From: Fimbriosthenelais zetlandica
Taxonomy: Eukaryota
Reading direction: 5' to 3'
Assembly: GCA_977030845.1 (NCBI GenBank)
Contig: OZ365112.1
Coordinates: 6,510,001 to 6,574,000 of the forward strand
Length of the DNA stretch: 64,000 bases
The translations under genes and the position numbers were made by a program. This document shows, piece after piece, positions 1 to 11,462 of the stretch. Under the pieces are notes generated by a model that ran no database searches, was not told the DNA's origin, and saw only the letters and a list, made by a program, of their open reading frames with translations. Within the stretch, counting starts at the first letter, position 1; each line of letters begins with the position of its first letter.

Positions 1-3000
1 GACAAATAACGTTATATTTCCAATCATATAATCATTATATCTCTCAATTGTTCCATGGACGAGAAATAACACATTTTTCTTATATAATTCCATAAATATT
101 TGCAGACAAATAATTTTATAACTTCGAATATTAACAAATATTATGAAGATTTTAAGAATTTCTGATAAAATACTGTCATACTGATGAAAGCATCCTGACG
201 CATGTCACAGTATTTTTGGAAGAAAAACAACTGAACTTCAATTCGACATAATTTGTCATTGATAGAAAACATCACAATAGTTCAAACTATAGATGTTTGT
301 TAACCAAAACGATGTCGCATTGAATGGAGAATTGACTGCACCCACAGTTCCAAGTTCAACGAGTGGATTCCTCTCTCAGTTTTTCTTACATCTCTTTTTA
401 GGATGAAAAAATATTGATTAATATGATGACCGACGGAGAAGGCAACGGATTAAAGCGGGCTTTCTTCCGTCTGTGTTCATTTTTTTCTTTTCTTTCATAT
501 TTTTTTTCTACTCTTCCCAGCAACAACATTCCCTAACTCAAGTATCAATCACGTTTGGAGCAGCGAGGCTTCTCGAGAATCCACGAGAGTTCACGTTGTG
601 AGGAGAGCGACCCGTGTATGTACCAAGCGCTGAAGTGTTCAGGCATCCGAGAGTTCATGACGAAGCATTTTCATTTCGCTCGTCACTAGGTTAGCGGTCT
701 TCTCTAGTGGGGCTAGACAGTGATGGGAAAGTGAGGGGAGGGTGAGCATATCGGAGCTCAGCATTGGATCTACGGCTGTACAAAGCACTTGAAACAAACA
801 GGCCATGGTTCCATTTATATTCCTCTTGTGTTTGGTTTGGCGGAAGCCTGGTTGGTCTTGGAGCCGAGATATAGGTGAGAATGCAGTAAAGTGTACGGAT
901 TGGGAGGAGGGGATCTATACACCCTTTGCACTACGTTCTGGGGGGTAAATAAGCCAATGGCCTCTATAGCGGTCTAAAACTCTAGTCTGCCCCATGTCCT
1001 GCCTGTACCTGCCCTAAATCTCCCCTCTTCCCACTGTTCCTCTGCTCTTGCCCTCTCGTATGCTACTCTTCCTATTCACCGTCCATACATTGTGTTTGTC
1101 TATTAGGAGGCACAGCATGGTACAGGAGGGGTACAGGCTTAAGTAAGGTATGACCTATACATACACATTATAAGGCCCCAGAGGTAAGCAGTATGTAGGT
1201 GATCGCTCAGACCTGCATATCTATACATCATCCTTATCTTATACACTCGTCTAACCTCAAGCTAAATCTAGTCTCAAGCCAGTGATTTAGGCTTGTGATA
1301 ATGAACAAATGTTAAATGTTAAAATTCTACTCTGAAGTATTGTCCCAAATGGGAGTATTAAGCGAGTTTTCGATGTTAAAGTTACCGAACTTCGAAAGTC
1401 AACTCCCAGGTACTTCATCATGGTCATACATGTTTAATTTGGGGGCAAAATTGTGGCAAATGGAAATGCCTCAGGTATCAATATCTCAGGTACGTCCCAT
1501 AGTAAGGCACCCTCGGTTGAGACTTTCTCTTGGCTCTTGCACAATGTCTGGACGGAATTGGGGGTAAACCAGATGGCGCCCCAGTTGCTCGTGGGACGAG
1601 CGGCTCTGAGTTGCTCAATGGAAGAGCATCAGCTGTCACAACATTACTCCCCCACCCTCAAGCCCTCTCCATGTGCAGGAGAAAGGGTGGAGGGCACGGG
1701 GGCAAGGGTGAAAGGGTCCGGGGGAGCAGAACGAAAGGGGAAGATAGGGGTTAGGGGTTAGCAGGCTTTTGATATTACTAGGATTCTTAATAAGGGATCC
1801 TAGTATGTTCTGATAAGTGGTATGAAAGGATGGGGAGGATATGATTTAGGCACCTCTAGTTTACTAGGCTAGATTAAAATGGCAAAGGAGCTGAGGTATG
1901 ATTAATATTTGACTAAGATATATATCGTTCACCATGATGTAACTGGCCATTATAGTCTGGCTCAGGCTCACTCGCGGTACTGTAACGTCTGCATCATCAC
2001 TCTTATTGTGTATATCTTTTATGGTGATGACACAAAATACCTTGGAATAAATAGCCGCTCTCATTATTAATAAACATAACTTGACCTTCTGAGACTAGAT
2101 CTCCGAAAGGCTAAAAGCTAATCACGACTATAGGCAACTGCTTCCTTACATTCTGACTTCATTTCTACAAGAATATGATATTTGAACTTATGTACATGGC
2201 ATATGCCTCTATATACTTTTGCTTTTCAGTGTCATGTTTGCCTTCGTTTTTTCCTGTCACGAAGATTTCTTAGTAAAATGGCAAGGTATAAGTTACTTAC
2301 TTGTTGCCAGACCATTGTAGAAGGAGTAATCGTATAGGTCCCTCGTGTCAGAGAAAATAAAGTGAAGGGTAATTTAATACCGGATACGTGTCTTGCTACC
2401 TAAGACAAGACTTGAGATCTAGGATCGTATGACTATGATCGAGGGATGCAGTGATGCACAAACATCTCTGATTACAGCTTGAGCTTCAGACTCAATATCC
2501 AATTCCTGGATTAAGACTTTGTATACATCTTTGGACGTCCCTAGCAATAAACCAAGCTGGTAATAGCTTAGATAATGATAATAGATAGTATCCAGTTCAT
2601 TAGCAATAGGTTTATATCGTTGTAGAAATACATTATGTTATATTCATATATTATAGTTTCAACTGTAAAGCTTTGATATACAAGCCTTATAAGATGATGG
2701 TTCGTAGGCTTGAGAATCGTGTCCAATAATTATTGGCTGGTCCTTGCCAAGTTGGGGCAAGATAAAGAGGGGAAAGCACGTGTGGGCTAGTGGATGCGAT
2801 GTACAAGTATAGGGGCTGTGTCGGGGAGATAGGAAGCTTGAAAGTTTGCTGATATATACTCACAACATCGACCCTGGCCGTCTCAATGACAGACATTGAT
2901 TTTAGCCAAGAAAATAAGCAATTCCAGGCGTCATCAAGACGGCGGCCCACTTACATACCTGCCACGAGCATCTAAAATAGGATTCTCCTATAGCTTTTTC

Positions 3001-6000
3001 CCTTGTAATGTCTTAAGAAGAGGAGGCATTTAAAAATAAAAAGCGTTGGTGCTGTTATTTGGCTGGCGGGGATGTGATGGGGTAAGTTTTAACTGGGAAA
3101 GAGCTTTAAGGTAAAGGATCATCTCTCACATATTGGCCGAGAGATAACGGGTCGTGTAGAACAACAGAACTGTGTACGACATATAATTCATCTCCAGCTT
3201 GGCTGCAATGCAGGCTTGCAACAGAATCAAGAAGATATTAAAGATCAATGCCACCTGATACTTCCAGCAATATTAACGACCAAGAAGCAAACATTATATG
3301 ACACAAATCATAAAAATATCAATCCGTTTTATGTGGAAAAGTCAGAGGAAGCGTGCATATTGAAAGGACATCAGCATTCAGAAGAATATACTGTACAATG
3401 ACCAAATCTCTGATACTCATGTTTGCAGATGTTCAGTTATTAGGGACAAGGAATCTATTTTCTCAGAGGTCAAGATCACAGCAGTTGACCTGGTGGTCAG
3501 GGGGCGCAGGTGTACTAGTCACAGTAATGAGTGAGTCATCCCTGACAACCACCAGCCCTCAGCTGCCGACAAAACACAAATGTTACTTTTATTACTTTTC
3601 CTCTAATCTTTATCATAGGAATCGTCATATTTTCTGTTTCCAAACGAACAAAAGGACCGTTTGATGTTTTCCGGATGGGATTGACACTCTCAGACCTTGT
3701 ATGCTTGAGCATGTTTTCCTCTGCATTTGACGCCTTTTCATTGTTGTCAAGGCTGAAAGCTATATTTAGGGCCACATCAATAGATATATTTCTGTACACA
3801 ACAACAAAAGAAAAACAGTCGCTTATGACAGCTTCCACACTATATTGCACTGTTAACTCTTGTTTTGACACGGGGTCATACTTTGGTATAATGTATGGGA
3901 CAGATACTTATTCTTTAAAATACTGCTTTTGAGCAATCGTATATTACAATACCTCAGGGGCTTTTTTAAAAAAGTGAGCTTTCCCGTAAGTGGAGGCATA
4001 CATACAAATCTGTCCCCAGGGTAACACTTCTACTAAAGGAGACCGGGTTCGACAACAACTTTTTGTAATCCACTTCCGGTTGTATGAACCTTTCTTCAGG
4101 TTCTGCACTTGTTGTACTACTGGTTGTTGGAACACAATGGTTCAGTATCTATGGCAATAGAAGGTTGTGGGAACACGGACGGAAAAATAGGGGAAGGTTT
4201 AGAGGAGAGAGTGAAGAGGAAAGAGTCACACTTGTAGCTTGAAAAAGAAAGAAGCCGAAAGGGGAAAAAGAAGGGATGGGATTAGAGAGAGGGAGAAAAG
4301 GGCAAAGGGAAGGTAAGCCGGAAACACAAACCAGATTCACTTTCATCTCCCTGTCATCGCCAGATGAAGGAAGGAGGACAAAAGATTCTGCTAATCTCAA
4401 ACACATAGCACGCCTCTCCACCTGTCATGCAATTTCCACCTACAGACAACTACAAACAATTAACTCTTAAATGGGAAATGTAAATTATAATTAACTGTGG
4501 ACTGGATTTTGGCTATAATTATTACCAAATATCCATAGTTTGTTAATATTTATTTACACTTTCCAAGTTGATTTCGGATCCCCATATGACTAAATAATAC
4601 ATTGTACATCTGCAGCGAAAAAATCCTAAATGCATAATTAAATAATCCAAAATTAGAACGCCTGTCGACGGCAACATTCCCTCCAGATGATCAAGGAATT
4701 GGCTTTCGGGCAAGTAAGTAAATCCACCCAGAGAAAGCTCTCATTATCTTGAAATGGATTAAAAAGTTAGCATAGCAAAGAATCACACATAAATACCTCT
4801 TTACAGAAAAAAAAGCTGCAGCAAGTGGAGGCACTGGGTGTATTTCCTCTCCCTAGACTTCCATTTAAATTTTGTGAGAGAGTATAATTGTGGTCCCCAA
4901 GCACCGGATATGGCTGTGCACTAAACATTAAAGGGGAGGTACTATAGTGGGTCTGGTTATTTTTGTTGTGATGTTTCTATGACCACCGTCAATGCCATGT
5001 TTGTAACTATACACTGAGAGCAGGGTGTACCCAGAACGCGCGTTTACAAGTGATCAAAGGGTGGAGAACTCACGAATCCTGATTTGGGGAATATTTCTTG
5101 GTCTGAAAGCAATGCCATATATAGTATGACAAACATCATGGTTCTACCCCTGCCAATAAATTGCTTGATATATGTATTTTATATAGTACACTGTTACAAT
5201 TGTGTGATTCCCCTTTTTAACTTCTTTTAGTAATAGTGAAATGGATTTATTTAAAAGTTTGCCATACCCATGCGAGTTATTTTGATTGAAAATAGGCTAG
5301 GGTTATAATAGAATGCCATTTTATACAGCCAATGAAGGGAAAGGCAATGCATTCTACCAGCAAAGCATGAATAGGAAACCCCCCAGTAATTTGCAGATTC
5401 AGTGCTTATGCCTATACAATTAAAATAAAGAGGAGCATTAGTCTTCATCACGCCCAACTCTTATCTGCTTATCATGACCCCAGGAAGCAGATCGGAGGTT
5501 ATCAAAGAGGATTGCCAAGAGCTTGTTGTGTATTAAGAAAGCTTTACCACCACCCCCATCCCGCCCCACAGTACCACCCACTCCTTTGTCAGAAACCTTT
5601 ATCAAATCCTTCCTAATACCAATGCCCTCGACCCTACCCTCCACACCCATGGCCCCTCTCTACTACTGCCCTATCCAAGGCCCTGTCAATGACCTTCCGT
5701 GACCTTCAGGGGAAGGCAATAAGGGCTGGTTGAGGAGAGGGCCCTTGTCCCCAATTGTTCATATGGAGGAGTGTGGGACGTGCTATCAACTTGTATCAAA
5801 TTCAAGGTAATCCATGAGAAATGCGCATGCACTAATGAGACCATCGTAGACCACAAAGGCTTTACTCGAAACGGAGCCCTCCCGATCATTCGCCCAATGC
5901 CTGCAGTGTGCGGAAGGGAATCTGCCTCAGCACGTGCTTGGAATGTCCCTACTGGCTCCCCCAGACAAAAACTGGGGCGAGGGCAGGGACCTTTGAGGAA

Positions 6001-6344
6001 CATGGGTCGAGGGGGAGGCATTTCTTAAATTATCCTCATTGGACAGCAATTAATAAGGGCATTATTACAAGTAGTGCAGCTTAACAATGTGACTGAAATG
6101 CACATGAACAGCAACCTATTTTTTATACTGATAAAAAAGATAAAATGGCCCTTTGGTATTTAACATAAAATATAAGTCACACCGAGTTGACATTGTTGTT
6201 CTACAATATTCTACAAGCATCCATCAGAAGCATTTCTTTGTCAAATCAACTGCTGTAGCCTACCTTTGACGGATCCAATAAAGATCAAGAAGTAAATATG
6301 TTCCACCGCCGACCTGCCTACATGTGAGAAGACATTAGCGTTAC

Positions 6345-6445
6345 ATTTACTCTACCTCTTTTACAATGTACCCCATAAACTCTCTCCCCACCTCTCTGTC
6401 CCAGGCTCTTCCTTTCACCGTATCAAAAGCTCCATCAAACAAGCC
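6345..6445 (+). mobile_element. Probable highly decayed 3' coding end of an L2/CR1-group non-LTR retrotransposon
   Basis: Reads TSFYNVPHK..NSLPTSLSQA.SF..IKSSIKQ across two frameshifts (AAC TCT CTC CCC at 6378). This resembles the conserved ORF2 C-terminal motif 'SF....P.LWNSLP.S...A.S...FKS.LK' of CR1/L2-type LINEs. Motif recognised by eye only. Confidence 0.3.
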
Positions 6446-7140
6446 AGGCTTTTTCCACCGACCATGTCTCGGGCCTTAAACATTTATTGCCTGTGGTGGC
6501 TGAGACGATGCCTGCCCCATCATATAGTGATAGGAAAGTAACTTATATCAGTTAGTCCTGACTGGGCCGCCGGAATCGTGGACTGGGTGAAACATTTATC
6601 AACCTGCCAATCGAATTAACCCCACGCCTACCCGAGCACATAAATAAATGATCATTCCAAGCTCCAGTCTTCGTTACAGTCAGGGCTTTCGAGCGCGAAC
6701 AAGATCCAAGCACTCATAATATTTCCATAAACACATGACTAAACTGGTCCTGTTTTGAAGCTTACTACCTTGTAAGTGGCAGTGCCGATGTCACATGGCC
6801 CATATAGTAAATTGATGTTCCTTAGATAGCTCAATAACCTCGCCTCAATGTCTTATATAGGTTGTTCCAAGAACTCCTGTGAAAACTGGAGATAACATCG
6901 CATTTATATAAGATATAATGCCTGATTCGATGTGGATTCGATCGCTTAGAGAATTTAAATACATAGAATGAAATACATCTACATATGATAATCAAGTAAT
7001 TTAATCCGGTGAATAGAACAGGTTATCATGAAAGGTCTGTGAAGGTGCATATTTCGTCCAGTAACAAAAGCAATCTTCCGAACAGTTTGAACGCTATTTA
7101 TTGCAATAACGCAGGGAATTATCAGGATATTCCATCCTTG

Positions 7141-8050
7141 GACAATACTCAAGGCAATATGAACCTTTTTTTGTGCAATGACTGTGACAATACACAAGCA
7201 GAATGAACACTATTTCGTGCAGTGACAGTGGCAATACACAAGGCAGTATGGATGCTATTTCGTGCAGTGACTGTGGCAATACACAAGACAGTATGGATGC
7301 TATTTCGTGCAGTGACTGTGGCAATACACAAGGCAGTATGGACGCTATTTCGTGCAGTGGCAATACACAAGGCAGTATGGATGCTATTTCGTGCAGTGGC
7401 TGTGGCAATACACAAGGCAGTATGGATGCTATTTCGTGCAGTGACTGTGGCAATACACAAGACAGTATGGATGCTATTTCGTGCAGTGACAGTGGCAATA
7501 CACAAGGCAGTATTGATGCTATTTCGTGCAGTGACTGTGGCAATACACAAGGCAGTATGGATGCTATTTCGTGCAGTGACTGTGGCAATACACAAGACAG
7601 TATGGACGCTATTTCGTGCAGTGACTGTGGCAATACACAAGGCAGTATGGACGCTATTTCGTGCAGTGGCAATACACAAGGCAGTATGGACGCTATTTCG
7701 TGCAGTGACTGTCCCAATACACAAGGCAGTATGGACGCTATTTCGTGCAGTGGCAGTGGCAATACATAAGGCAGTATGGACGCTATTTCGTGCAGTGACT
7801 GTCCCAATACACAAGGCAGTATGGACGGTATTTCGTGCAGTGGCAATTCACAAGGCAGTATGGACGGTATTTCGTGCAGTGGCAATTCACAAGGCAGTAT
7901 GGACGCTATTTCGTGCAGTGACTGTCCCAATACACAAGGCAGTATGGACGGTATTTCGTGCAGTGGCAATTCACAAGGCAGTATGGACGGTATTTCGTGC
8001 AGTGGCAGTGACAATTCACAAGGCAGTATGAACTCTTTTTCTTGCAGTAT
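7141..8050. repeat. Minisatellite of 45-bp units with 39-bp variants; 19 core units at 7203-8027 plus degenerate edge units
   Basis: Unit ATGGATGCTATTTCGTGCAGTGACTGTGGCAATACACAAGGCAGT. Short units lack 6 bp (ACTGTG). 14 long and 5 short units give 825 bp. Both lengths are multiples of 3, which explains the overlapping repetitive ORFs on both strands. Confidence 0.98.
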
Positions 8051-11000
8051 CAGAATAGTGCATCCTGATATTATAAGTAGTATAGAGAAAGAGTCAACTA
8101 GCCCACTGGAGGACACCTGGAAGAGGACACTGCTACGCTACACGAGGGGAAAGTATTCAATTATGGGTCCACCCTCAAGCCCACTAACAATTTGTGACAA
8201 GCAGCAACAGGCAGTTCACAATAGTCCATCAACTCTTCATGTAAATTGGGCCCATGTCCATTGCCTGGCAGAGATGGTCCACTGATGTAAGTTTTTGTAT
8301 AGCAGATATAAGAGGAAAATTTCAATGGTCAGACCCAATGGCAACTGACGGACCCTTAGTCCATGCTGTGAGTAAGCGCTAGTGTATAATGAAGCAAATC
8401 CGCTAGGGCAATCTCAGGAGCAAATAGGACTGAGTGTGGCCCGGGGAGAAGGGAGGGGGAGGTTGGAGGATGAAGAGGGGACAGAGAAGAGGAACCACTC
8501 CGAAAAGATTGAGAGATTCCAGGGGACAAAGGGTTCATGGGTCTACAGGGACAGGTCCTGTTTGGAGCCGAAGAGCCCTTCATATCTGCTTTTGCACCTC
8601 TCTCCTAGTCATTCCGGATCCCATCAGCATGCCCTTTATGACTCCTTCAGGGCACCTCTTCTTCCTCCTCCTTTTCCCCAGGAGGCAGCCAGAGGCAAGA
8701 GGAAGGAGTCCGGGCCCTTTCTCCCCCACACGCAGCATCCTTGTGTCTTACCCATGCCAAGATGTAGGTTGTTAAACATTGGGCCCTGTCAGAGATAAGC
8801 GGGAAGGTGCAGTGTCTGAGGCCTATGGGCGTTGTTGGCCAAGTGGACCCTAGGTGCATGCTAAGCACTTTACCAAGCCTTGCAAATACACAGGACCTTA
8901 GGTGAATACCAATAGGTCCAAAAGAGCACTCCCACCTGTCATCTTCTTTCACAGTATCTACATCTCCAAACGGTGGTCTCATTTAATTAATGCAGTCCAA
9001 GAAACAAGAGGACAATGGCAATGGGTTGGTCGACAAATACAATTAATCCAGTATTAAACCCTCGTCTTACTAGTTACTAGTTGAGACTTTCCTGGACACT
9101 TTTGGCAATATTTACATATAAATAATCAAATGTACCTTGTTCTATCCAACGCCATGATTATACATCTAAGGATGCGCCAAGTTATTATTGCAAAAAATAG
9201 TTTCAGGGAGTCACATCTCCCCAAAGACGCACCATTCACTGAGTCATTTACCTAGCTTCTGTGAGCTCCATCCACTCTCATGCAGTGCCCATCACAGACT
9301 GCCTTTACACTTCATTCTCCCACCACTGTCCCTTAATGCCCTCATTCTTAGTCATATTACCGCCAGCCCACCTTGGCCATACCACTCCTGGGACAGTCTG
9401 TGGCCCTCTGTGGCAACTTTTCAGCCGACTATTTCAAACTGTGGGTGGATCTGTGTACGGAAGGGATCCGGCGAGATCAATGGCAAAGCCACGGGCCAGA
9501 TCTCACCTATGGAGGGATCGATCCTGGAGGCTGCGATGGGCAAACTTTGTTTGTTTGCATGCGTTCATCCATCCGACCTTACGAGCACGGAGGGCAAAAT
9601 CAATGTCTTTCCCGCCAATGACTGGCTTGTAATCCCAGGGCAAACAAGGGCTCCCTCAGGGCTGAGAGGGCCCTTTATTGGCGAGATCCAAGCTAGCCCT
9701 CCATTCCCCAAAAACCATTTATAGCCCGCTTCCCACTTTCCCCCTCCCCATCCCCTTCACTTGAGACAACTGTTACCGACACACACCTACTCGACACATT
9801 TGATAAAAGCATTCTAGCTCAAGGGCCTTCTGTAAGGGACGGGGCTTCCATTGAAAAGAGGATATGTACAAGAAAAACATCCATTACTCGTAATGGAGAG
9901 CAAATGGCATCGATTCAATATGGGCGTACACACTCCTCATGAAAAATGAAAATGCAACTCATTTGACCCTAAACAGGCAGGGAGGGAATATCTTCTGAGC
10001 TGGTTGTTTCGAATATCCATAAACAAAGTATCAATTTCTTATACTACTCGGAGGTTAATTTCCGTTTTCACCTTCACTAATGGAAAAATATTGTTTCAGT
10101 AAATTATTTCAACTGAAAACAATTCTCACTGCTACCTAATGTTCCATCTAGGCGAGGTTTGACTAATTAATTTCGGGTGTGATATCAAAACACATTCTTG
10201 TGAAGTTAATTGTAATGTAAAGAATTTTTGCTGAAACTGACTGGGGATTGACTGTAAATAAGAACACAAATGAGCGGTATGATACCTTGCTCTGACGCTG
10301 CAACATAATCTTATTCAGTGCTTGTGACAGCTTCCTCCGAGGTGAATGGACGCTCAGATTTAATGCATTTCCCCAGCCATATTTCTGCATTGCATGAGCC
10401 ATTACTCAGACAATACTATCAACCGAGTACATAGGAATAGCCATAAATCCTAATACAGTGCTTGGCAGATGCACGACATGGCTGACACTTTTGAACAAAT
10501 TTCCCATAGCCTCAATAATCCAGCTTCCCATATAAACCAACGGGCACAGAATGGGTGGAGGTAAAAATGAGGAATAACAATAAAGAATATCAGAGTAGGA
10601 CAAAGCATGTAAAAGTGGGATAATCTTATCTCTGACATGCTCAAATGTGGGGTGGAATGGGTGGGGTGCAAGACTTCAATGGTATAAATGCCAGCAAGGG
10701 AAAAACCGTGGTAATGGACAGTTACATGCAGGTAGGTACCTGGATCCGTAAAAAAGACTCGATCTCCACTGCTCCACCTGATGGATCCACTGCAACCTCT
10801 ACTGGTAAATCATGTTGTAGTCAATTGAAAAATCATCCAAACAGAGGATGTGGCCCATGTACAGACATAGAATACGGTTATGTACATATATATATCCATC
10901 ACATTTTTCAACCCCCTGAGCGACAATAGGTCTTCTTTGAATCCTTTGACTGCACTTTTTCATGTTGGATTTTGAAAGGAATCTGATACCTATACATCAC

Positions 11001-11402
11001 CGTGAAGGTAAGTGTAGGTAAGGGAGCAATTACCATGTAAAAGATACTGTGTCAGTAGAAGCAATCTGGGTGTATATTAAATGCAGTCAGTGCCATGGGT
11101 ACATTTAGTGTTACATTATCCCTCTGCCTCTGAATTACTTGCTCCTTTATTGCAGTAATTGATCCAAACACCGAGTATGTGTCTTTTTTAATTGTACTAT
11201 CATCAGTTCTAATGGGTATTCTGTAGTTTTGTAACATTCCAACATATTAGAAAGTTGAATAGTGGAAAAACAGAGTACGGGAAAAAACCTTGAGTTTAAT
11301 ACGTCAATGTAGGGCCAAGTAACTGAAGTCATACTGAACAGCTATTCAAAGGAAAAAAACGTGTGTTGATTCCTACAGATCGTTTGCCACGATTTCACAG
11401 GA

Positions 11403-11462
11403 CCAATTTGCAAGGGGAGCCGCCAGGAAGCCAGCGAAAAGCGGATGATCGCGTATAAAAAG
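11403..11462 (+). promoter_or_regulatory. Candidate plus-strand core promoter (CCAAT + TATA) in a locally CpG-rich patch
   Basis: CCAAT at 11403-11407 and GCGTATAAAAAGGCCCGG with TATAAAAAA at 11454-11462, flanked by GC-rich sequence. No convincing downstream CDS. Confidence 0.25.

Noticed and set aside
167-216. CTGATGA motifs (181, 56321, 58458) as hammerhead ribozymes, or a C/D snoRNA at 167-216
   Set aside because: No stem II plus GAAA core follows any of them. The 10-bp-stem element at 167-216 is too short for a C/D snoRNA.
1375-1425. Minus-strand MKYLGVDF, resembling the RT domain-7 KYLG motif
   Set aside because: An isolated five-residue match of a kind that can occur by chance in six frames, with no upstream YADD or other RT motifs.
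4928-5220. TTAA-AGGGGA...TCCCCT-TT-TTAA as a Kolobok MITE
   Set aside because: TIRs are only about 6 bp, with misregistered inner matches and no second copy in the window.
6554-6687. 11-bp inverted repeat AGTCCTGACTG/CAGTCAGGGCT as a MITE
   Set aside because: Short, one mismatch, no matching TSD, single copy.
7141-8050. CRISPR-like appearance of the 45-bp array (and of the 22-bp array at 38366-38644)
   Set aside because: Units are contiguous with no unique spacers, there are no cas genes, and the context is eukaryotic.
7094-8116. 340-aa and other long repetitive ORFs as bona fide annotated genes
   Set aside because: They arise automatically from a stop-poor array whose units are multiples of 3. 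No splice or homology support. Kept only as a hypothesis under findings.
9546-9562. 14-mer TGTTTGTTTGCATG shared with ~33344
   Set aside because: Several 14-mer coincidences are expected by chance in 64 kb.
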